DNA from: a bacterium | GTDB taxonomy: Bacteria > Sysuimicrobiota > Sysuimicrobiia > Sysuimicrobiales > Humicultoraceae | Reading direction: 5' to 3' | Assembly: GCA_050695215.1 (NCBI GenBank) | Contig: JBOGSD010000013.1 | Coordinates: 1 to 59,460 of the forward strand | DNA length: 59,460 nucleotides | Position numbers and translations under genes: made by a program | Part shown: positions 25,229-34,199 of the stretch, in pieces | How the letters are laid out: each line of letters begins with the position of its first letter | Numbering within the stretch: position 1 is the first letter of the stretch | Notes under the pieces: model-generated | The model's input: the letters and a program-made list of their open reading frames with translations, nothing else | What the model was told of the DNA's origin: nothing | Databases searched by the model: none

Positions 25229-26163
25229 CCTCCCTTCTCTTCGGTGGTTCGGTGCTGGCGGCGTTTCTGGCCGGGGGACTGGCGCTGCTGGCCCCCTGCT
25301 GCATCACCTTTTTGCTGCCGGCATACTTTGCCTCTGCCTTCCGGGAGCGCCGGTCCTTGCTCATGATGACCTTCGTCTTCGCCTCGGGGATCGCGCTCGT
25401 CCTGGTCCCTATCGCGCTGGGTCTGGCCGCCCTCTCTCAAGTTTTCTCCCGCTTCCACCGTGAACTCAGCATGGCCGGCGGCGCCTTCCTGATGCTTGTG
25501 GGGATCCTGGCACTGAGCGGCAAAGGGATGACGCCCGCCGTCATGCGGGCCCCCGATCTCAAACGGCGGGACCCGCTGGCCGTAATGGGGCTGGGGGTCT
25601 TCTCGGGCGTCGCCAGCTCGTGCTGTACGCCCGTCCTCGCCGGCGTGCTGGCCCTCACTGCCCTCTCGGCCTCCCTGGTACATGCCGTGACCGTGAGTCT
25701 TGCCTACGTCGCCGGGATGGTCTTCCCGATGCTCGCCCTGGCCTACTTCTGGGACGAGCGGCAGTGGGCCGACAGCCCGCTGCTGCGCGGGAAACGCATC
25801 AGGATCAGGCTGCCCGGCGGACCGGTCACCGTTCACTCGACCAACCTGACCGCCGGAGCACTGTTCACCATCATGGGCGCGGTCGTCTTCCTGTTTGGCC
25901 TGTTGGGCGGCAGCGTCTACGCGCCGCGCTGGCAGACCGAACTCGGGAGCAGGCTGGGCGAAACGGTGAGGGATCTGCTCGCCCGACTCACCGCTGCTGA
26001 GCAGGGAGCCGCCGGCGCCGTCTTCCTCCTGATCGTCTTCGCCCTTGCGGTCAAGGCGTTCCGGTCTAGCAAAGCCGGGCGCAAAGTCTCCCGGCGGCTC
26101 CCTCAACTCGACGAGACGCTCGAGCACCCCGGGGGCCAAGGCAGGGCCGGGGCGGCACGGTGA
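25225..26163 (+). CDS. CcdA/DsbD-type (DsbD_2) transmembrane thiol-disulfide electron transporter
   Basis: 312 aa, polytopic. LLAPCCITFLLPAYF and SSCCTPVLAGVL motifs. Confidence 0.65.
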   Translation: MTSLLFGGSVLAAFLAGGLALLAPCCITFLLPAYFASAFRERRSLLMMTFVFASGIALVLVPIALGLAALSQVFSRFHRELSMAGGAFLMLVGILALSGKGMTPAVMRAPDLKRRDPLAVMGLGVFSGVASSCCTPVLAGVLALTALSASLVHAVTVSLAYVAGMVFPMLALAYFWDERQWADSPLLRGKRIRIRLPGGPVTVHSTNLTAGALFTIMGAVVFLFGLLGGSVYAPRWQTELGSRLGETVRDLLARLTAAEQGAAGAVFLLIVFALAVKAFRSSKAGRKVSRRLPQLDETLEHPGGQGRAGAAR

Positions 26164-26780
26164 GCCGGCGAGACCGCGCTCAGCGCCGGGAGGCCCGGCG
26201 GCAGGCGAAGCACCGGCGTGGGGGGTTCGTGGGGATCAGCATCGCGCTCGTAGTCGTGCTGCTGGGGGCGGGACTCATCTATGCGCGGATCACAGGGCGG
26301 CGGTCCGAGAGGTTTGTGGTGGACGTCGGTGACCACGCGCCGGATTTTTCCCTGGTGGACGCCAACCGGGGCGAGACCCTTTCCCTGGAGCAGCTCCGCG
26401 GTCGGAGCCGCGTCCTCCTCTTCTTCTTTGAAGGAATCATGTGCCAGCCCTGCTGGGACCAGCTGCGGGACTTTGAGCGGGTGGACGAAGAGTTCCGAAA
26501 GCTCGGGATCGAGGTCGTCGGCGTGACCGTCGATCCACTTCGCCCTCTCGCGGCGAAGACGCGTCAGGAGGGCCTGGGGCTCCCGGTCCTCTTCGACGGT
26601 GGTGCCCGCGTCTCCCGACAATACGACACGCTGGCCTTCGGCAGTATGCACCCCGGGCAGCGTCCTGGACATACGTTCATCCTCGTCGGGCGGGAGGGCA
26701 CCGTGCTCTGGCGGCAAGACTTCCGCGAGATGTACGTCCCCGTGCACGTTGTTTTGCAAGACCTCCGCTCGGTGAATTGA
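26160..26780 (+). CDS. Membrane-anchored Prx/redoxin-like protein, Cys (CQPC) paralog of the selenoprotein candidates
   Basis: Basic N-terminus plus a TM helix. GDHAPDFSL...RVLLFFFEGIMCQPCWDQLRDFERV...LPVLFDGGARVSRQYD. Confidence 0.75.
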   Translation: MSRRDRAQRREARRQAKHRRGGFVGISIALVVVLLGAGLIYARITGRRSERFVVDVGDHAPDFSLVDANRGETLSLEQLRGRSRVLLFFFEGIMCQPCWDQLRDFERVDEEFRKLGIEVVGVTVDPLRPLAAKTRQEGLGLPVLFDGGARVSRQYDTLAFGSMHPGQRPGHTFILVGREGTVLWRQDFREMYVPVHVVLQDLRSVN

Positions 26781-26863
26781 CCCGCCCGGCATCGCTGCGC
26801 AATTTGCCGGGGAACGCAGCGGAGCAGCTGCCCCCGCGGTGACGCTGAAGAGTAAAGTCTTGA

Positions 26864-26938
26864 TCAGAGAATGTACGGATTCCAGCCGCCGTAGCGATCC
26901 CGCAGCGGACCCCGAGGAACGCTCAGCGCGCTCAAACG
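26864..26938 (-). pseudogene. C-terminal remnant of a paralog of the SPW/VKOR-like gene
   Basis: The minus frame reads ..LSALSVPRGPLRDRYGGWNPYIL*. Compare the C-terminus of 8110..9822: ..LSIPRGPIRNRYGGWDPFIV*. Confidence 0.4.
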
Positions 26939-26978
26939 AGATGCCCGGCGCAACGAGGCAGCTGTGCGCTGGGCCGGC

Positions 26979-27010
26979 TTGACATTCCAGTGCGCTGGAA
27001 GGTCTATACT
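26979..27010 (+). promoter_or_regulatory. MerR-type promoter: TTGACA-N20-TATACT with a dyad in the over-long spacer
   Basis: ACATTCCAG-TGCG-CTGGAAGGT dyad (26982-27003). It is 30 bp upstream of the merR-family ATG 27040. Confidence 0.6.
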
Positions 27011-27039
27011 GGGGGCCAACTCCAGGAGGGCGAGGCGCG

Positions 27040-27540
27040 ATGAGGATCGGCGAACTGGCGAAGAACGCGGGCCTTAACCCAAAGACCATCCGGTACTACG
27101 AAGAGATCGGGTTGCTTCCGCCGGCCAGGCGCACCGGGTCCGGGTACCGGCAGTACGCATCCGAGGATGTAGAACGACTAGAGTTCATCCGCACCGCCCA
27201 GGGCCTCAGCCTGGCCCTCGACGAGATCAGGGAGATCCTGAGCTTTCGTGACCGCGGCGAATCTCCCTGCCCTCACGTCCTTCTCCTCATCGACAAGAAG
27301 ACGCAGGAGATAGAAGCGCGCATCCGGGGGCTGCGGGGCCTGGCGGAGGATCTGAAGCGCCTCCGCCGGGCTGCCACTCACCTACCGCCTGAGGAAGTCC
27401 GCGCCAAGGCCCGCTTCTGTCACATCATCGAGAACCGGGAGCTGCTTGCTGCCCGGAGGGTGAGGGGCTCGCGGAAGGGCGTCTTGACGAAATACACTAC
27501 ATTCCGTAATGTTTCACTGGGCCCGAGAAAGAGGCGTTAA
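27040..27540 (+). CDS. MerR-family heavy-metal-responsive regulator (CueR/HmrR-like)
   Basis: MRIGELAKNAGLNPKTIRYYEEIGLLPPARRTGSGYRQY...LEFIRTAQGLSLALDEIREIL. Confidence 0.85.
   Translation: MRIGELAKNAGLNPKTIRYYEEIGLLPPARRTGSGYRQYASEDVERLEFIRTAQGLSLALDEIREILSFRDRGESPCPHVLLLIDKKTQEIEARIRGLRGLAEDLKRLRRAATHLPPEEVRAKARFCHIIENRELLAARRVRGSRKGVLTKYTTFRNVSLGPRKRR
27484..27512 (+). promoter_or_regulatory. copA-proximal promoter TTGACG-N17-TAATGT with operator site 5 (CACTAC-ATTCC-GTAATG, 27495-27511)
   Basis: It lies inside the 3' tail of the merR-family ORF, 65 nt upstream of copA ATG 27577. Confidence 0.5.
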
Positions 27541-27576
27541 TCGGTGTCTGCTGCCAGAAACACGGAGGAGCGACCC

Positions 27577-30168
27577 ATGGACACCGCCACGGCCGGAGCG
27601 CCAAAAAGTGCGACCCTGCCGGTGGAGGGGATGTCGTGCGCGTCGTGCGTGCACACGATCGAGACGGCGCTCTCGAACCTTCCGGGCGTGGCGAAGGCCA
27701 CCGCGAGCCTCGGCGCGGAGAAGGCCTTCGTCGAATACCTTCCCGGCGTTACCAGCCTCCGCCAGATGGAAGAGGCGATCACGGCGGTCGGGTACCGGGT
27801 GGCCAGAGAGACCGTCACGTTCACGCTCCGGAGGATCTCGTGGCCTGGTGACGTGAGCAAGATCGAAAGCCGGATCGGCGCCCTTGGGGGAGTCGCGCAG
27901 GTGGCCGTCGACCACGGCACCGGCGCCGTCAAGGTCGAGTACTACCCGGGGGCGATTACCCCCGCCGAGGTCGGGCGGGCACTCCGGGACCTCGGCTACG
28001 AGCCCGAGGAGCGGCGGGAGGGCATCGCGGCAGCAGACCGCGAGCGCGAGGCGCGCCAGCGTGAGATCCGGCGCCAGGCCCGGAACATGCTCGTCGCCTG
28101 GCCGCTCAGTCTGCTGGTGATGTTCGGCACCTTCCGCGACTACTTTCCCTGGGGCCTCGGTGCTCTGCTGCCCGAGGGCCTCGGCAACCGCTTCCTCCTG
28201 TGGGCCCTGACGACGCCGGTCGTGTTCGGGCCGGGCTGGCAGTTTTTCGTACGCAGTTACCGTGGCCTCCGCCACGGCGTCACGGACATGAACCTCCTCT
28301 ACGCAGTCGGGATCGGCACCGCGTACCTCATCGCCGTCCTGAACACGGTCTTCCCTCGCGCCGGCTTCGGCGGCCCGCAGGCCACGTTCTTCGAGGCCGC
28401 CGCGTTGCTCACCGCGTTTATCGTCCTGGGCCGCTACCTGGAGGCCCTGACGCGGGGGCGGACCTCCGAGGCCATCCGCAGGCTGATGGGCCTCCAGCCC
28501 AAGATGGCGCGCGTCCTCCGCGAGGGCGGGGAGGTTGAGATCTCGGCAGATGAGGTCGAGGTCGGCGACACCGTGGTCGTCCGCCCCGGGGAGCGCATTC
28601 CGGTGGACGGCATCGTGCTCGAGGGTTACTCCGCCGTCGACCAATCCATGCTCACCGGCGAATCCCTGCCCGTAGAGAAACAGGCAGGTGACGAAGTCAT
28701 CGGCGGCACCATCAACAAGACCGGGGCATTCAAGTTCCGGGCCACAAAGGTGGGGAGGGATACGGCCCTCGCCCAGATCATCAGGCTCGTCGAGGACGCG
28801 CAGGCCAGCAAGGCGCCGCTGCAGCAGATGGCCGACACGGTGGCAGGCTACTTCATCCAGGGGGTCCTGGTCCTGGCGCTGGCCGCCTTCCTCTTCTGGT
28901 TCTTCGTCGGCTACCAGGCCTACTTCGACCCGGCGACGCGTTTCGTCCTGACGCCGTACACCCTGGGCCAGGTGGGGGTCTTCGGGTTCGCCCTCCTGCT
29001 CAGCGCGACCGTCCTGATCATCTCCTGCCCTTGCGCCGTGGGGATCGCGACCCCCAGCGCCATGATGGCCGGGATCGGCAAGGGCGCGGAGCACGGCATC
29101 CTGTTCAAGGGCGCCCGCGCGATCGAGGCGACAAGCCGGCTGCAGATGGTGGTTTTCGACAAGACGGGGACGCTGACCCGGGGGGAACCGTCCGTGACGG
29201 ACGTGCTGCCGGCCGAGGGCATCCGCGAGGCGGAACTGCTGGGCTTCGCGGCGGCCGTCGAGGTGAACTCGGAACACCCGCTGGGTGAGGCCATCGTCCG
29301 CGGCGTCCGGCAGCGCGGGCTGCCGGTCGAGGAGGCCGAACGGTTCAACGCCATCCCCGGGCACGGTGTGGAGGGCCGGCACGGCGGCCGGGAAGTCCTG
29401 CTGGGCAACCGGAAGTTGATGACGACCCGCGGGGTACAGATCGGCCATCTCGAAGCCCACGCCGTCCGGCTGGAGGAGGAGGGCAAGACGGTCATGTTCG
29501 TGGCGGTCGATGGCCGCGCGGCCGGGCTCGTCGCCGTGGCGGACACGCTAAAGGAGTATTCGGTGGACGCCGTCCGCCGGCTGCAGCGGCTTGGACTCAA
29601 GGTGGCCATGATCACCGGGGACAACCAGCGCACGGCGGCGGCGATCGCCCGGCAGGTCGAGATCGACCGGGTGCTGGCCGAGGTGCTGCCGCAGGACAAG
29701 GCGGAGGAGGTCAAGAGGCTGCAGGCGCAGGGCCTCCGCGTTGCCATGGTCGGCGACGGCGTGAACGACGCCCCGGCACTGGCCCAGGCGGACGCGGGCA
29801 TCGCCATCGGCAGCGGTACGGACGTCGCCAAGGAGACGGGCGAGGTGATCCTGATCAAGGACGACCTGCGCGACGTCGTCGTGGCCATCGAGATCGCCCG
29901 CCGCACGATGGGCAAGGTGAAGCAGAACCTCTTCTGGGCGTTCATCTACAACCTGACGGGCATCCCCATCGCCGCCGGCGTGCTCTACCCCGCGCTCAAG
30001 CTCATCGTCAGCCCCGAACTGGCAGCCTTCTTCATGGCCACGAGCTCCGTCTCCGTGACCCTGAACACGCTGCTGCTGAAACGGTACGTCCCCTCAATCA
30101 AGCGGGTTGGACCGACGCCCAGGCGGGGGCAGCCGGCGCCCGTGCCCGCCACGGCAGGGAGCGAGTAG
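27577..30168 (+). CDS. copA: Cu(I)-translocating P1B-type ATPase CopA
   Basis: ORF 27544..30168. ATG 27577 follows GGAGGA. HMA domain GMSCASC, plus a second HMA-like domain without CxxC. SCPCAVG, DKTGTLT and GDGVNDAP motifs. Confidence 0.9.
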   Translation: MDTATAGAPKSATLPVEGMSCASCVHTIETALSNLPGVAKATASLGAEKAFVEYLPGVTSLRQMEEAITAVGYRVARETVTFTLRRISWPGDVSKIESRIGALGGVAQVAVDHGTGAVKVEYYPGAITPAEVGRALRDLGYEPEERREGIAAADREREARQREIRRQARNMLVAWPLSLLVMFGTFRDYFPWGLGALLPEGLGNRFLLWALTTPVVFGPGWQFFVRSYRGLRHGVTDMNLLYAVGIGTAYLIAVLNTVFPRAGFGGPQATFFEAAALLTAFIVLGRYLEALTRGRTSEAIRRLMGLQPKMARVLREGGEVEISADEVEVGDTVVVRPGERIPVDGIVLEGYSAVDQSMLTGESLPVEKQAGDEVIGGTINKTGAFKFRATKVGRDTALAQIIRLVEDAQASKAPLQQMADTVAGYFIQGVLVLALAAFLFWFFVGYQAYFDPATRFVLTPYTLGQVGVFGFALLLSATVLIISCPCAVGIATPSAMMAGIGKGAEHGILFKGARAIEATSRLQMVVFDKTGTLTRGEPSVTDVLPAEGIREAELLGFAAAVEVNSEHPLGEAIVRGVRQRGLPVEEAERFNAIPGHGVEGRHGGREVLLGNRKLMTTRGVQIGHLEAHAVRLEEEGKTVMFVAVDGRAAGLVAVADTLKEYSVDAVRRLQRLGLKVAMITGDNQRTAAAIARQVEIDRVLAEVLPQDKAEEVKRLQAQGLRVAMVGDGVNDAPALAQADAGIAIGSGTDVAKETGEVILIKDDLRDVVVAIEIARRTMGKVKQNLFWAFIYNLTGIPIAAGVLYPALKLIVSPELAAFFMATSSVSVTLNTLLLKRYVPSIKRVGPTPRRGQPAPVPATAGSE

Positions 30169-30417
30169 ATGGCTCCGGCGGCGGCGCGCGATCCGGTGCG
30201 GTTCGGCATCCGGCTGGGGACGCTCATTTCGCTGGCGCTCGCGGTGGTATTCTTCGTGACTGCCCGGGTTTCCGGAGCGCCGGGCGCGGCACAGTACGGC
30301 GGTGCGGTCTGGGTCTTCATCCTATCGCTCCTCGTCTCGCTTCCGCTCCTCACCCCCCTAATGCGGAAGAAGTCCGGACAGAGGCGAGTGCCGGAGACTC
30401 CGGAGGATGTGCGGTGA
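30169..30417 (+). CDS. Small two-TM membrane protein
   Basis: 82-aa ORF immediately after copA, overlapping the next gene. Confidence 0.35.
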   Translation: MAPAAARDPVRFGIRLGTLISLALAVVFFVTARVSGAPGAAQYGGAVWVFILSLLVSLPLLTPLMRKKSGQRRVPETPEDVR

Positions 30418-31085
30418 CCTTCGCCGAGTGGTACGGCAACTGGAAGGTCGTCCTGGTCTACGTCCTCCTGTTCGGCGGGTTCACGCTGGGTCTCGCCCGC
30501 CCGCGCCGCCCCCGCGAGTGGCGCGGGATGGGCGTCTTCCAGGCGTTCCTGGTCGCGCTCTTCACCGAGATGTTCGGGGTCCCGCTGACCATCTATCTGC
30601 TCGCCCCGGCGCTGGGACTGCCCCCCGCGGCGTTCGGATTCTACGAGAGCCACCTGTGGGGGTACTTGCTCGCCCGAGCAGGCCTGATGCCCGTGGGCGC
30701 GGCGGCTCACCTGATGATGTTCCTCAGCACCCTCATCATCCTGCCCGGCATCCTCTTGACCATCGCCGGATGGCGGCGGATCTACCGGGCGGGCGAGGGG
30801 CTGGTCACCACAGGCGTCTATGCGTTGATGCGCCACCCTCAGTACCTGGGAATCGTCCTGGTGGCCACCGGATTCCTGGTGATGTGGCCCACCCTGCCGA
30901 CGCTCGTCATGTACCCCATCCTGCTCGTGATGTATGGGCGCCTCGCGGGCGAGGAGGAGTTCCGTCTGGCGCAGGAGTACGGCGAGGCGTACGAAGACTA
31001 CCGGCAGCGTGTCCCGGCCGTCTTCCCCGTCTTCCACCCCAGTTCCGGCTTCCGGGAACGCAGGAGACAGGAGAAGACAGCTTGA
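30414..31085 (+). CDS. Isoprenylcysteine carboxyl methyltransferase / PEMT-family membrane methyltransferase
   Basis: TTGVYALMRHPQYLG ... EEEFRLAQEYGEAYEDYRQRV. Confidence 0.65.
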   Translation: MTFAEWYGNWKVVLVYVLLFGGFTLGLARPRRPREWRGMGVFQAFLVALFTEMFGVPLTIYLLAPALGLPPAAFGFYESHLWGYLLARAGLMPVGAAAHLMMFLSTLIILPGILLTIAGWRRIYRAGEGLVTTGVYALMRHPQYLGIVLVATGFLVMWPTLPTLVMYPILLVMYGRLAGEEEFRLAQEYGEAYEDYRQRVPAVFPVFHPSSGFRERRRQEKTA

Positions 31086-31492
31086 GCCATCGCGGGCGCG
31101 CGAGACACGTCAGTCTGGTGATTCTTCAAGGGGTCCTCTTCCTGATGGCAGGGTGTGCGCGAAAGCCGGCCGGACAGGCTCCCGGCCAGCCCGCTGCGGG
31201 CCCGGGCAGGGTGGTCGAGGTCAGGCTTGTAGGCACTGAGTTCAAGTGGAACCCGCGCACCGTGACCGTCACGCAGGGACAGCGGGTCCGGTTCAGGGTC
31301 GTGAACGCCGGCGCGATCGAGCACACATTTGTTAGCGACCAGGCGAAGATTCCAGAGACGAAGTCGATCGCGCCCGGCGAGGAATTCGTCGTCGAGTGGA
31401 CGGCCCCGCAGAAGCCGGGGTCCCTGCCATTCTGGTGCGGAGTTCCGGGGCACCGTGAGGCCGGGATGGAAGGGACCATCATCGTGAAGTGA
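31082..31492 (+). CDS. Cupredoxin (plastocyanin/amicyanin-like) lipoprotein
   Basis: TTG 31082 overlaps the upstream stop (TTGA). LFLMAGC lipobox. Type-1 Cu ligands: IEHTF...FWCGVPGHREAGM. Confidence 0.7.
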   Translation: MSHRGRARHVSLVILQGVLFLMAGCARKPAGQAPGQPAAGPGRVVEVRLVGTEFKWNPRTVTVTQGQRVRFRVVNAGAIEHTFVSDQAKIPETKSIAPGEEFVVEWTAPQKPGSLPFWCGVPGHREAGMEGTIIVK

Positions 31493-31499
31493 CACGGAG

Positions 31500-32270
31500 A
31501 TGATCGAGTCCAATCCCGACAGGAAAGGAGCGAGGCGGTTGAGACCAGCATACGCCGTCGAGCGGCGGCACACGCTACAGTCGTGGGTGGCGGATCTCGA
31601 GAGCCCTCTGCTGCTGGCGCTGGTCCTCTGGCTCTGCACGCTCGTTCTGGTGGCGCTGCTGGTCCTCCCCCTCTTCGGAAGCACGGCAGCCATGCTCGTC
31701 GCCGCCTTGCTCCTCGTCGTCATCTTCGTCATCTGTCTGAGCCTCTGTGCTCCTAGAGCGCGCGAGCATTTCGAAGATATCGCTCAGATGACAAAAGGGC
31801 AACCTGGAGAGGTGAGGAGGGAACCTGTGAAACCACGTGTGATCAGTCTGATCGTCGTCGCAACGGTCGTGGGCGGCCTGCTGCTGGCGCTCATTGCGGG
31901 GGCCTTCGCCCGGCAGATGGGCCAGATGCCCATGCCCATGAGCCAGCCGATGCCCATGGGCCAGATGAACCAGCAGCAGATGACCCAGCAGATGAACCAG
32001 ATGATGGCCCAGATGCAACGTCAGATGGCCCAGATGAACGCCATGATCAAGCAACTCCGCGCCCAGCTCGACAAGGTCAACCCGGACCTTCTGACGCTGC
32101 AGGAACGCCCGATGTACGAGTACCTGAAGCTCCTGCAGGCGCACCTGGAAACCATGCCGCCGATGATGAACGCGATGCAGGGGATGATGTCGATGATGCC
32201 GATGATGTCCATGATGATGGGCGGCATGACGGGATCGATGCCCATGCCCACTGCGACCCCGCGTCGCTAA
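31500..32270 (+). CDS. Membrane protein with Met/Gln-rich low-complexity extracytoplasmic region
   Basis: MGQMPMPMSQPMPMGQMNQQQMTQQMNQMMAQMQRQM...MQGMMSMMPMMSMMMGGMTGSMPMP. Confidence 0.5.
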   Translation: MIESNPDRKGARRLRPAYAVERRHTLQSWVADLESPLLLALVLWLCTLVLVALLVLPLFGSTAAMLVAALLLVVIFVICLSLCAPRAREHFEDIAQMTKGQPGEVRREPVKPRVISLIVVATVVGGLLLALIAGAFARQMGQMPMPMSQPMPMGQMNQQQMTQQMNQMMAQMQRQMAQMNAMIKQLRAQLDKVNPDLLTLQERPMYEYLKLLQAHLETMPPMMNAMQGMMSMMPMMSMMMGGMTGSMPMPTATPRR

Positions 32271-32280
32271 GGGAGGACCC

Positions 32281-33075
32281 GTGATCCATCTCGGCCCGTT
32301 CATGATCAACTGGCACGGGATCCTGACCGCGGTAGGCATCCTTGCCGGATGGTATGCCGCCGGGAGGTTGGCGCGGCGCTTCGGCATCAACCCGGAGGAG
32401 ATCTCCCGCCTGGCCCCTTACCTGATCGTGTCGGCGATCATCGGTGGACGCGTCGCCTACGTCCTGTCGCACCTCGACGACTTCACCGGCAACCTCTGGG
32501 CTGTCGTGCGCATCGACCAGGGAGGCCTCGCTTCCCACGGGGCGCTGCTTTTCGGTTTCCTGACGGTGTACGCTTATGCCCGCCGCCGCGGGCAGAATCT
32601 GGGGCACCTCCTGGATGCGCTGGCCCCGGCGATCCCCATCAACTACCTGGCGATGCGCATCGGGAACTTTCTGATCGGCGAGCTGTACGGCGACCCCACC
32701 TCGCTCCCGTGGGGGGTCGTCTTCCCGGGTGCCGGCGCCAGCCCGCGGCATCCCGCGCAGTTGTACGACGGTGTCGGCCAGACCATCGTTCTTATCCTGC
32801 TGCTTGTGCTTGCCAGACGGCCGCGCCCCGCCGGGGAGTTCTTCTGGCTGACGCTGGCCGGCACGTCCGTCGTCAGACTTTTCTCCGATCTTGTCCGGAC
32901 CCAGCTCCGGGTGATCGGCCCCCTCACCCTGGGACAAGTTGGGGCCGTCGTCGCCCTTCTCATTGCGCTGGGAGCGCTATGGTCCGGGCGCCGGCGATGG
33001 CGGCGCACGGGAGAGGCCGAAGGCAGCTCCCTGCCACCGCCCGCAACGGCGCAGGCGGGTCAGGTATCAGGCTAG
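32281..33075 (+). CDS. lgt: Prolipoprotein diacylglyceryl transferase
   Basis: INWHGILTAVGILAG...GGRVAYVL...GGLASHGALLFG...NFLIGELYG...HPAQLYD. Confidence 0.85.
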   Translation: MIHLGPFMINWHGILTAVGILAGWYAAGRLARRFGINPEEISRLAPYLIVSAIIGGRVAYVLSHLDDFTGNLWAVVRIDQGGLASHGALLFGFLTVYAYARRRGQNLGHLLDALAPAIPINYLAMRIGNFLIGELYGDPTSLPWGVVFPGAGASPRHPAQLYDGVGQTIVLILLLVLARRPRPAGEFFWLTLAGTSVVRLFSDLVRTQLRVIGPLTLGQVGAVVALLIALGALWSGRRRWRRTGEAEGSSLPPPATAQAGQVSG

Positions 33076-33117
33076 GCTCTGGGCTGCCGAAAGATCAAAA
33101 CGAAGGAGGGGATCTCG

Positions 33118-33267
33118 ATGGCCAGGGATCCGGTTTGCGGGATGGACGTCAACGAGGAGCACACCGCGGGGAAGTCTGAGTACAAAGGCAAGACCTACTA
33201 TTTCTGTTCGGAGCACGACAAGGCGACGTTTGACCGGAACCCAGAGCGTTACGCGGAGAAAGAGTAG
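33118..33267 (+). CDS. YHS/TRASH-domain small metal-binding protein (49 aa; below the ORF-track cutoff)
   Basis: GAAGGAGGGG RBS, then MARDPVCGMDVNEEHTAGKSEYKGKTYYFCSEHDKATFDRNPERYAEKE*. Confidence 0.7.
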   Translation: MARDPVCGMDVNEEHTAGKSEYKGKTYYFCSEHDKATFDRNPERYAEKE

Positions 33268-33365
33268 CCCCCGGCGGGGGCATCATCTCCCCTCGGTGTA
33301 TCGAGGCGGATAGATAGAGAGGGCGCCTCTCCTGGTTGGGCTCTGATCCCTCCGGAAGGACCCCC

Positions 33366-34199
33366 ATGGCTTCGACTCCTCCCCGACCCCGGCGAGACCC
33401 GACGGCCCTCGCTCTCTCTCTCGGCTTCGCTTTCCTGATCGTGCTTGCCGTCGCCGCAACTCTTTTCGCCCGCGGCCGCTGGTGGCTTCCTCCCGTGGCG
33501 TCCGCGCAGGGGGTGGAGATCGACCGCCTCTTCCGCGTGACCTTTGTCATCCTCAGTATCGCGTTCGTCCTTGTCCACGGGCTGCTGGCGCTGTTCGTCT
33601 GGCGGTTCCGGGCGCGAGGAGAGGAGCGGGCGAGCTACTGGCACGAAAACCGGACTCTGGAGGCAGCGTACACTATCATCCCCGCCATAGTCATGATAAC
33701 GTTGACCGTCATCGCCGCGGGTCTCTGGGGCCGGATCCACAGCCCTCCGCCGCCGGATGCGCTGGTGGTGGAGGTCCGCGCCGAGCAGTTCACCTGGCTC
33801 GCCCGATACCCGGGCAGGGACGGGGTGTTCGGCCGCATCGACTCAAAGCAGTACGACCGTGAGCGGAATCCCATGGCGCTGGAGCGCGGCGACCCGGCGG
33901 GAAGAGACGACATCGTCGCGAACGAGCTGCACCTCGTAGTGAACCGTCCTGTCCGGCTCCGCCTGCGGTCCAAGGACGTCATCCACTCCTTCTACGTTCC
34001 GGCCTTACGCGTGAAGCAGGACGCCGTGCCCGGCATCACGGTCGAGACATGGTTCACGCCGACCCGCCTCGGGCGTTTCCAGGTCGTCTGCGCCGAGCTG
34101 TGCGGGGTCGGCCACTACGTGATGGTGCGCCCCCTCGTCGTGGAGTCCGAGCAGGCCTTCAACGTCTGGCTGGCCGCTCAGCGACCGAAGCAACCCTGA
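33366..34199 (+). CDS. coxB: Heme-copper oxidase subunit II (CuA cupredoxin domain)
   Basis: Two N-terminal TM helices. DVIHSFYVPALRVKQDAVPG...CAELCGVGHYVM is the CuA site. No subunit I gene is adjacent. Confidence 0.8.
   Translation: MASTPPRPRRDPTALALSLGFAFLIVLAVAATLFARGRWWLPPVASAQGVEIDRLFRVTFVILSIAFVLVHGLLALFVWRFRARGEERASYWHENRTLEAAYTIIPAIVMITLTVIAAGLWGRIHSPPPPDALVVEVRAEQFTWLARYPGRDGVFGRIDSKQYDRERNPMALERGDPAGRDDIVANELHLVVNRPVRLRLRSKDVIHSFYVPALRVKQDAVPGITVETWFTPTRLGRFQVVCAELCGVGHYVMVRPLVVESEQAFNVWLAAQRPKQP

Noticed and set aside
27514-29460. Very long ORFs antisense to real genes. Examples: 27514..29460 (-) 648 aa opposite copA, 24694..26139 (-), 26103..27089 (-), 48218..50182 (+) opposite secY, 52887..54176 (+), 7733..8779 (-), 41923..42735 (+).
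   Set aside because: These are typical high-GC shadow ORFs. Their translations are Arg/Gly/Pro/Asp-rich and have no recognisable motifs, while the opposite strand encodes clearly conserved proteins.
31900-32250. Repetitive ATG/CAG-rich DNA that might be a tandem repeat or CRISPR-like array.
   Set aside because: It is in-frame coding low complexity (Met/Gln-rich protein). There are no regular repeat-spacer units. No CRISPR array was seen anywhere in the window.
33267-33283. GCCCCC-GGC-GGGGGC hairpin just after the YHS gene, a possible intrinsic terminator.
   Set aside because: The stem is short with a tiny loop, and no U-tract follows. This is not enough to call a terminator.
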